From a virus (lineage: Duplodnaviria > Caudoviricetes), in IMG/VR virus record IMGVR_UViG_3300034523_000144, positions 1 to 32,610 of that record: a DNA stretch of 32,610 nt. One strand, 5' to 3'. The notes under the pieces are model-generated. The model was not told the DNA's origin and searched no databases. It was given only the letters and a program-made list of their open reading frames with translations. The position numbers were made by a program, and so were the translations under genes. Shown here in pieces: positions 26,763 to 32,610 of the stretch. Each line of letters opens with the position of its first letter. Within the stretch, counting starts at the first letter, position 1.

Positions 26763-27273
26763 GATCAACACCCCGCGTCGTCTGGTTGACATACGTGGCG
26801 CGGTTGAACAACCCCAACAACCCCTGAATCCCACGAAACACCTGCAGGCGAATCGCAGCCAGTTCCTCATCAGTGACGACACCGTCACCAATGCTCTTGG
26901 CCCAGGTGTCCGCCAGATCCGCCACCTTGCGGAAGTATTCCGCGATACCGGTGGTCAACGTCTCAGGCATGTCATTGGTGTACGCCTCGGCCAGCTCCTG
27001 CCAGATCGTGTCACCGACTAACGCATGCACTGCATCCAGAATGCGGCGATCCTTGGTCAGCTCCAGAATCTCGCCGAACTCTTGAATATTCACCGTGTGG
27101 CTGGGGTGGGTTGGGGAAAGCTTGTGCTGCAGCGTGGTCGCATTCCGGCCGGTAGTAGCGGCGATGGCGGCGGCACCACCGGGATAGTCCCGTGCGGCAT
27201 GGTAAAGCGCAAGATCGAGCGGCAGGACTTCCCGCTGCGCCCGGTCTAAAGAGCTCAGAATGATACGGCTCAT
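26755..27273 (-). CDS. Phage regulatory protein, CII family
   Basis: ALYHAARDYPGGAAAIA...TLQHKLSPT; DGVVTDEE C-terminus; downstream of cro. Confidence 0.8.
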   Translation of the reverse strand: MSRIILSSLDRAQREVLPLDLALYHAARDYPGGAAAIAATTGRNATTLQHKLSPTHPSHTVNIQEFGEILELTKDRRILDAVHALVGDTIWQELAEAYTNDMPETLTTGIAEYFRKVADLADTWAKSIGDGVVTDEELAAIRLQVFRGIQGLLGLFNRATYVNQTTRGVDRG

Positions 27274-27299
27274 GGCATTAATCCTTGTAAGTTGCCAGT

Positions 27300-27600
27300 G
27301 CCGCACGACAGAGAGTGGTGATACATTTGTCGTGTGGCTTGATAGGCCCAAACGCCGGCGAGGTTCCTAAGACCAACACCGGCACCGTGCCGAGGCGAAC
27401 AATCCGTTGTTCACCCCTGGCGCAACAGCTGCCAACTCTGTGGTGGAAATGGCAGCAACACCAAAGCTTCCGAGCCTTGGAAAACGCGAAAGGTGTGGGC
27501 GGTTTTGCATTTGGTTTGCCCGCCAACTCCAATCGCGGCCCGACAGCGCTGTGGTGGTGCGTGTCGGGAGGAACTGGGCGACCCTTGGGTCGCCTTTTTT
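27300..27600. ncRNA. Structured cro-cII spacer: tandem hairpins, three with GTGGTG/CACCAC loops; candidate + strand RNA ending at a terminator
   Basis: Stems 27300-27338, 27428-27456, 27539-27568 plus smaller hairpins; extended -10 TGaTACATT 27319-27327. Confidence 0.5.
27577..27600 (+). terminator. Intrinsic terminator on the + strand, abutting the cro stop
   Basis: GGCGACCC-TT-GGGTCGCC-TTTTTT. Confidence 0.75.
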
Positions 27601-27825
27601 CTAAGCTACTTTCTTGAAATCCATCTCCGGCGGAAAAACATCATCAAGCGAGCATTTGATTCCGAGCTGATTCAACGCAGCCGTAATTGCGCGAGACTCT
27701 GCAAGTCCGGCTACGCGGCGCCCAGATTCATAATTACTAATCCGCGTCTGCGTCCAGCCCAGAATCAAAACCAAATCACGCTGTTTGATACCAGCCTTCT
27801 CTCGATGGTCAGCAATCCTATTCAT
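27601..27825 (-). CDS. cro: Cro-like HTH regulator
   Basis: 74 aa HTH (IKQRDLVLILGWTQTRISNYESGRR), AGGAG SD, divergent from the repressor. Confidence 0.88.
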   Translation of the reverse strand: MNRIADHREKAGIKQRDLVLILGWTQTRISNYESGRRVAGLAESRAITAALNQLGIKCSLDDVFPPEMDFKKVA

Positions 27826-27849
27826 AAAGATCTCCTGTAACTGGAGCGC

Positions 27850-27878
27850 AGAATAAACACGATTCGTGATTTTTACAA
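27850..27878 (-). promoter_or_regulatory. pR-like promoter TTGTAA-N17-TATTCT overlapped by operator AAACACGATTCGTGAT
   Basis: Minus strand -35 at 27878-27873, -10 at 27855-27850; operator 27855-27870, second weaker copy 27876-27891. Confidence 0.7.
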
Positions 27879-27925
27879 CACGCAAAGTGCGATAAATTTA
27901 TTTCAATGCGTGGTAAAAAAGACAA

Positions 27926-28651
27926 ATGAACACACTAGGCTCACGCATCAAATCACTCCGAAAAGCCAAAGGTATGAGCCAGAAAGATCTGGCACTTGCC
28001 TGTGGCTGGGAATCACAGTCTCGTATTGGTAACTATGAGAAGGATCAACGCCAGCCCAACCTTCAGGATCTAGGGAGAATTGCTGCCGCCCTAAAAACGT
28101 CGCTGACAGAACTGGTCAAAGATGTCGACGGACCATTACCCCATTTATCTGGTGATGCACACGGAAACATTTTCGACATCAGATTTCCCCCTCGGCTTAA
28201 GACCAGCCAGAGCGAAGGATTAACATCAGCAGGACGAGCGAAAACAGGGAGTGTTCCGGTGGTTGGGACCGCACAGCTAGGCAACGAAGGATATTTTGAG
28301 GCGCTTGATTTTCCTCCTGACCACGGCGATGGTTACTTGAGCATCCACAGCGATGACCCTGATGCCTACGGATTAAAGGTTACCGGCGACAGCATGCTTC
28401 CCAGGATAAAAAATGGTGAGTACGTGCTTATAGAGCCCAATAAAAGCTACTTCAGCGGCGATGAGGTTGTGGTCAGAACCGCAGAAGGCCGAACGATGAT
28501 CAAGGAATTCATTTACCTGAGAGATGGGATGTACCGATTGGACAGCGTAAACGCCGAACACCCTCCAATCCATATCGCCGCGAGCGACGTGATTGAGATT
28601 CACCTCGTCGGCGGCATCCTCAAGTCATCACGTTTTTTGCACGCAACGTGA
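27926..28651 (+). CDS. cI: CI-like repressor, HTH + S24 peptidase (PrtR-like)
   Basis: N-terminal HTH, VPVVG, VTGDSM catalytic Ser, MIKEF catalytic Lys. Confidence 0.93.
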   Translation: MNTLGSRIKSLRKAKGMSQKDLALACGWESQSRIGNYEKDQRQPNLQDLGRIAAALKTSLTELVKDVDGPLPHLSGDAHGNIFDIRFPPRLKTSQSEGLTSAGRAKTGSVPVVGTAQLGNEGYFEALDFPPDHGDGYLSIHSDDPDAYGLKVTGDSMLPRIKNGEYVLIEPNKSYFSGDEVVVRTAEGRTMIKEFIYLRDGMYRLDSVNAEHPPIHIAASDVIEIHLVGGILKSSRFLHAT

Positions 28652-28657
28652 CAAAAT

Positions 28658-28700
28658 AAACACATAACGTGTTGACTTAAAAAACACACTGCGTGATATT
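28658..28700 (+). promoter_or_regulatory. pL-like promoter TTGACT-N17-GATATT with two operators (AAACACATAACGTGTT, AAACACACTGCGTGAT)
   Basis: -35 28672-28677, -10 28695-28700; operators 28658-28673 and 28682-28697 match the cro-side operator. Confidence 0.75.
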
Positions 28701-28735
28701 TGCCTCACTCTTACACCACAGAGCGAGGCAAAATC

Positions 28736-28912
28736 ATGCAAACCTGCGCAACCCTCCACGTCCATCCGGCATGCGTCAGCAACAAAAAGATGATTGAGCA
28801 GCTGCAGGCAGCTACTGGCTGCTTGGTCATCATCCACAACAGAAAACCCAAGCTGATAGCCAAATCCCAGCCACTCCCTTTCGATCCGAATGATGGAGGG
28901 CACGCGGCATGA
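28736..28912 (+). CDS. Hypothetical early protein, 58 aa
   Basis: GAGG SD, ATG 28736, ATGA overlap with the next gene. Confidence 0.7.
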   Translation: MQTCATLHVHPACVSNKKMIEQLQAATGCLVIIHNRKPKLIAKSQPLPFDPNDGGHAA

Positions 28913-29499
28913 ACAAGTACAAGATCGACAACCGCACCCTGCAGTTGCTTAACGCCCAGGTCAACCTGACCGAGACTTTCAACCACCTCCTTCGAACAGC
29001 ACCTATGCGTGAATGCCTGGCATTCCGCCTCAAGACTGAACGCGGCGCAGTGGAAAGCACTTTTGTCGTAGAGCTGGGCAGCGAACGCCACACGCTGACC
29101 TTGCCAAACGATAAAAAGATGCACCTCAAACTGGCCGACTTTATTGAAGAGGTTGCCAACGGTCCGTTCGACGCGAGCAACTCCAGCGACCTTGTGTATC
29201 TCGCGCATGCCGATCGTCAATACGGCCGTTTTGAGGTTCAGGACAAGCAACGCGTGTTCGAACTGGTGCACACCGGTGGCGTGCTGAGCCTAGACATGGG
29301 TTTTGAGCTTCCTCTCCATGTGGCGCTGCATCGCACCCATTCGCGCCGCGGCGTCACCGCCATCTTGAGCATCGGCAACAAGAGCCCGCATACGCGCTGC
29401 TTCACCCTGTACGACTCCGATGCCGAGATCTACGCAAAGGTCATTGAGTCCATCAACCACCTTGCTGCAGCGGCTACTACCGCTGCGCATGCGGCATGA
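28909..29499 (+). CDS. Hypothetical early protein, 196 aa
   Basis: GGAGG SD, translationally coupled, fills operon. Confidence 0.8.
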   Translation: MNKYKIDNRTLQLLNAQVNLTETFNHLLRTAPMRECLAFRLKTERGAVESTFVVELGSERHTLTLPNDKKMHLKLADFIEEVANGPFDASNSSDLVYLAHADRQYGRFEVQDKQRVFELVHTGGVLSLDMGFELPLHVALHRTHSRRGVTAILSIGNKSPHTRCFTLYDSDAEIYAKVIESINHLAAAATTAAHAA

Positions 29500-29509
29500 G
29501 GGAGACGCT

Positions 29510-29791
29510 ATGGAACGCACACTCGCTCAAGCCGCAGCGCAACTCGGCCTGACCCGTCCAAAGCTGATTTCCCTCATGCGGGAAAAAGACCTGCTCAAGG
29601 GCAACCTGCCTGCTTACCCCATACGCGACAAAGAGTATCTGCGCGTCAAGGACGGCCAATGGTTTCACGAAACGTTTGGCATGCAGTACAGCCAATCGAC
29701 GAGAGTGAAAGAACCAGGCATCCGCTGGCTTGCTGAGCAATTCGGATTCGACCTACCCGCCATCCCGGCAGATCGCCGTGACGTGGCCTAG
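29510..29791 (+). CDS. Phage antirepressor KilAC-domain protein
   Basis: AQAAAQLGLTRPKLISLMREK...NLP...STRVKEPGIRWLAE; GGGAG SD. Confidence 0.8.
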   Translation: MERTLAQAAAQLGLTRPKLISLMREKDLLKGNLPAYPIRDKEYLRVKDGQWFHETFGMQYSQSTRVKEPGIRWLAEQFGFDLPAIPADRRDVA

Positions 29792-29957
29792 GGATTACGC
29801 CCGACAGATCATCGCCATGCGGACACGAGAGGAGCGCAACGCCGCACTCCTTGAGGTGCCCGAGCATCTGCGGGAACTGACCAAACGGCACTGCCTGAAC
29901 GCTTGGAACCATCCGGCAAAAAAACAACGCAAGGAGGCCACACAGAGCCATGAGTAA
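29778..29957 (+). CDS. Hypothetical protein, 59 aa
   Basis: GTG start overlapping the upstream gene; WPRDYARQI...ALLEVPEHLR. Confidence 0.65.
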   Translation: MTWPRDYARQIIAMRTREERNAALLEVPEHLRELTKRHCLNAWNHPAKKQRKEATQSHE

Positions 29958-30267
29958 CGCAGCCCAAGCTCCACTAAGGCTACGTCCAGCCCCTGAATCC
30001 ACCACCATCGAGCTGCTTTATCGCACCTTCGGTGACGTGCTGATTCCGCTGGAGACGGTGCGCGAGAAGTATTTCCGCAACCTCAACGAGCAAAAGTTCG
30101 TGTCGGAAATCAACAGCGGCCGGATCCAGCTTCCGATCACCACGCTGGATTCAAGCCGGAAAGCGCCCAAATACGCACACATTCGGCATGTTGCATCGCT
30201 CATCGACATTCGTGCCTACCAAGCCGACGAAGACATGCAATCGCAGCAGGACGAGACCACCGAGTAA
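29950..30267 (+). CDS. Pyocin activator PrtN family protein
   Basis: TIELLYRTFGDVLIPLETVREKYFRNL...SRKAPKYAHIRHVASLID; GGAGG SD. Confidence 0.85.
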   Translation: MSNAAQAPLRLRPAPESTTIELLYRTFGDVLIPLETVREKYFRNLNEQKFVSEINSGRIQLPITTLDSSRKAPKYAHIRHVASLIDIRAYQADEDMQSQQDETTE

Positions 30268-30323
30268 ATCACCAACCCAAGGACTGCCACCACCAGTCCG
30301 CAATTGAACCAGGAGCAAACCAA

Positions 30324-30755
30324 ATGACCGCAATTCAAATCTGCGCACTGATAGCAATCGTCCTAATGACCGCCGGCATTTACTGGCTCGCCTACCGGAA
30401 CGGATTCAACAACGGCCTAACTGAGGGCCATACAGAAGGCTACAGCGAAGGCATAGCCGTTCAGAGCGCTGACAAATCTGAAGAGATCCGTAATCTCACG
30501 CTATCGCTCAAGCAGGTCCAAAACAAATACGAGCAACTCTACGACTTATACAAACGCGCCGTAGAAGCTTCGCAACTTGGAGAATCTGCACGGATCACAC
30601 TGCTGGAGATTGCTGAACAATTGCGGATCGCAGCCGATACTTTCGCCGCCTTCCGCACGGGTAAAAAACTCGAACGCGAAACCAGAGCCTTGCGCGACCA
30701 AGCGCTGGCCATGGCAAAACTTCTGCAGGTTGCAAATGAGGGAGAGGCCGCATGA
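30324..30755 (+). CDS. Hypothetical membrane-anchored coiled-coil protein
   Basis: N-terminal TM helix, GxxxG-spaced repeats (GFNNGLTEGHTEGYSEG); AGGAG SD. Confidence 0.75.
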   Translation: MTAIQICALIAIVLMTAGIYWLAYRNGFNNGLTEGHTEGYSEGIAVQSADKSEEIRNLTLSLKQVQNKYEQLYDLYKRAVEASQLGESARITLLEIAEQLRIAADTFAAFRTGKKLERETRALRDQALAMAKLLQVANEGEAA

Positions 30756-31393
30756 ACGGCACACTCTCCTACTTCGGACCAACTCATTATCGGATCTCAG
30801 AGCAAGGCGGCGAGCAATCTCGCGTACGAGCACGATTATCGACCGCTTTGCTCTGCGACAGCGCACGCGTCGATACTCAAGAAATAAAGAGTCTCTGCTG
30901 CGCAGCAGCAGGCATTAGTGCTTTTCCTCAAGCCGCTACCGAGGCACTTCCCCCCCAAGAAAAGCTGCGCCGGGCGGCGACACTCAATGCAACGCTGAAC
31001 GCTCAGAAACGCTCGCCCGCGCAGCTTGTCGAGGGGTATACGCAGTGTGACGAAGCGGCAGAGCCATCGCTGCCGACCTATCACCTCGACAAGATTCCAG
31101 AAGACAAGATGGCCGAACTGGTCGGCACCACCCGCCGGGCATTACAAGGCAAGCGCGCCAGAGGCGTTATCCCCAAAGGGGTCTGGAACAGCATTGATAG
31201 CCGCATCTATTACAGCCTAAGGAGATACGAAGCATGGCTCGAGAGCCAATGGGATTGCCCACCGGAGTTGAATTTGCTGGACAGTCCGTCCGCATTCGCT
31301 TCACCTGGAACGGGCAACGCCGTTGCGAAACCCTCCCCTATCCCCAAACGCCGAAGGGGATTAAGGCTGCCGCCGACCTACGCGCTAACGTAA
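30752..31393 (+). CDS. Hypothetical protein with C-terminal excisionase-like HTH
   Basis: DKIPEDKMAELVGTTRRALQGKRARGVIPKGVW...[13 protein letters not shown]; overlaps the integrase start. Confidence 0.6.
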   Translation: MNGTLSYFGPTHYRISEQGGEQSRVRARLSTALLCDSARVDTQEIKSLCCAAAGISAFPQAATEALPPQEKLRRAATLNATLNAQKRSPAQLVEGYTQCDEAAEPSLPTYHLDKIPEDKMAELVGTTRRALQGKRARGVIPKGVWNSIDSRIYYSLRRYEAWLESQWDCPPELNLLDSPSAFASPGTGNAVAKPSPIPKRRRGLRLPPTYALT

Positions 31394-32442
31394 CCAGCCT
31401 GATCAAGCACGGCGTGCTGGATGATCAGCGATACGCCGAACTATTCCCCGACTCCACCTATGCCAACTACACGGCGACTCCCCGTTTCGGGGAGTACGCC
31501 CAGGAGTGGCTCAACAGTCGCGAGGTCGTGGCCGGGACACGCAAGAACTACCTCGGCTCGCTCAATCTGTACTGGATGCCGTATCTGGCAATGCTGCCCA
31601 TCGACAGCATCACATCGGTGATGCTGCGCAAGGTGGTGGCCAATACCGAATGGCCTACGCCGGGTGTGAAGCGCGCGGCAATCCAGCGCCTGACCACGGT
31701 GTTCGGTACCGCGGTTAAAGATGGCCTGATCAACCGTAATCCGGTGGAGTCCATCGAACTGCCGGTGAAGGCCAAGAAACCCATTGACCCCTTCACCGTG
31801 GGCGAGGCCAATCAGATTATCAATCACCTATATAAGACGCTGACCCACTCGATGCGGATCTACGCGGCGTACTTCGAGTTCGCCTTCTACACCGGCATGC
31901 GCCCCAGCGAGATCGCGGCGCTGCGCTGGGAAGAGGTCGACAAGGAAAAGCGGCTGGTCAACGTGTGTCGAATCGTCGCGGACTACAAGATCGAGGAGCG
32001 TACCAAAACCCGCAATGGGCGCCAGGTCATGCTCAACAGTCGCGCACTGCATGCCATCGAGCAAGCCGAGCTGGTGGCGCAACAACGTGCCTCGCAGAGC
32101 CGGCGCAAACGCACCGAATCAGCCTACGTATTCCCACCAACCAAGAACTTCGAGTTCATTCAACAATCGAGCGTGACCGACAAACACTTCCAGGCAGCAC
32201 TGACCGAATTGGGGATTCGCGCCCGCCGGCAATACAACTGCCGACACACATACGCTACCATGTGCCTCATGGCGGGTATGAACCCTGCGTTTATTGCCAC
32301 TCAGCTCGGTCATAGCGTTCAGATGTTGCTATCGACTTACGCCCGATGGATCAATTCCAGCACTGACTGGGGTGAACTCGGTAAGCTCGAAAACAGCTTG
32401 ATTGGTACAAAATTGGTACAGACAGAAACAGTACCCCTCTGA
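31234..32442 (+). CDS. int: Tyrosine integrase with N-terminal arm-binding domain
   Basis: [17 protein letters not shown] arm domain; [27 protein letters not shown] catalytic motifs. Confidence 0.96.
   Translation: MAREPMGLPTGVEFAGQSVRIRFTWNGQRRCETLPYPQTPKGIKAAADLRANVTSLIKHGVLDDQRYAELFPDSTYANYTATPRFGEYAQEWLNSREVVAGTRKNYLGSLNLYWMPYLAMLPIDSITSVMLRKVVANTEWPTPGVKRAAIQRLTTVFGTAVKDGLINRNPVESIELPVKAKKPIDPFTVGEANQIINHLYKTLTHSMRIYAAYFEFAFYTGMRPSEIAALRWEEVDKEKRLVNVCRIVADYKIEERTKTRNGRQVMLNSRALHAIEQAELVAQQRASQSRRKRTESAYVFPPTKNFEFIQQSSVTDKHFQAALTELGIRARRQYNCRHTYATMCLMAGMNPAFIATQLGHSVQMLLSTYARWINSSTDWGELGKLENSLIGTKLVQTETVPL
32401..32420 (+). repeat. Tandem ATTGGTACA direct repeat (candidate integrase arm-type sites)
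   Basis: ATTGGTACA at 32401-32409 and 32412-32420, ~50 bp from the presumed att core. Confidence 0.55.
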
Positions 32443-32464
32443 AACCCTTATGGAATCAGCCCCT

Positions 32465-32610
32465 GTGACACTGGAACAGAACTACACCGCGATTCTCGGC
32501 CAACTGGGCGAGGACGTGTCCCGCGAGGGCCTGCTCGACACGCCAAAGCGTGCCGCCAAAGCCATGCAGTACCTCTGCCGCGGTTATGAACAGACGCTCG
32601 AAGAGGTCAC
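32465..32610 (+). CDS. folE: GTP cyclohydrolase I, 5' part (runs off the window)
   Basis: Manual translation (M)[47 protein letters not shown]; REGLxxTPxR is the FolE N-terminal signature; in-frame ATG also at 32450. Confidence 0.92.
   Translation, partial: MTLEQNYTAILGQLGEDVSREGLLDTPKRAAKAMQYLCRGYEQTLEEV

Larger units (their letters stand above)
1..32464. mobile_element. Prophage (lambda-like head, P2-like contractile tail) inserted at the 5' end of folE; left end lies outside the window
   Basis: Contiguous integrase, repressor, replication, terminase, capsid, tail and lysis genes; host-type folE starts immediately after the integrase. Confidence 0.93.

Noticed and set aside
27278-27617. 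ORFs of 65-100 aa in the cro-cII spacer
   Set aside because: No SD or protein-like features; the region is better explained by RNA structure, though a small peptide cannot be excluded
32465-32610. folE as part of a phage 7-deazaguanine DNA-modification cluster
   Set aside because: It lies beyond the integrase, looks like the chromosomal gene, and no queC/D/E or dpdA is visible

Overview
Almost the whole window is one apparently intact temperate prophage of a Pseudomonas-like host. It has a lambda-type head and packaging module (Nu1/A terminase, W, portal, S49 protease with nested scaffold, decoration protein D, major capsid E, and a lambda-like cos site) joined to a P2/R-pyocin-type contractile tail (V, W, J, I, fibre, sheath, tube, E/E', tape measure, U, X, D). 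Lysis is split: the holin heads the late operon, and a GH19 endolysin plus Rz/Rz1 spanins end it, followed by an orphan Dam-like methyltransferase. The early region has a TOPRIM-VapE replication protein, TraR/DksA, CII, Cro, CI, a KilAC antirepressor, a PrtN-like activator, an Xis-like ORF and a tyrosine integrase. The integrase abuts the 5' end of host folE, the probable right attachment site; the left boundary is not visible. The least explained signals are non-coding: (i) CCACCAC/GUGGUGG hairpin-loop motifs in a structured cro-cII spacer and in early-operon leaders; (ii) a LexA box inside a predicted promoter for a ~100-nt GGA-rich RNA antisense to the methyltransferase leader; (iii) an apparent +1 (or -2) frameshift for the tail chaperone; (iv) P-box-like and iteron-like repeat arrays upstream of the holin. 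All family assignments come from motif recognition and gene order; no searches were run.
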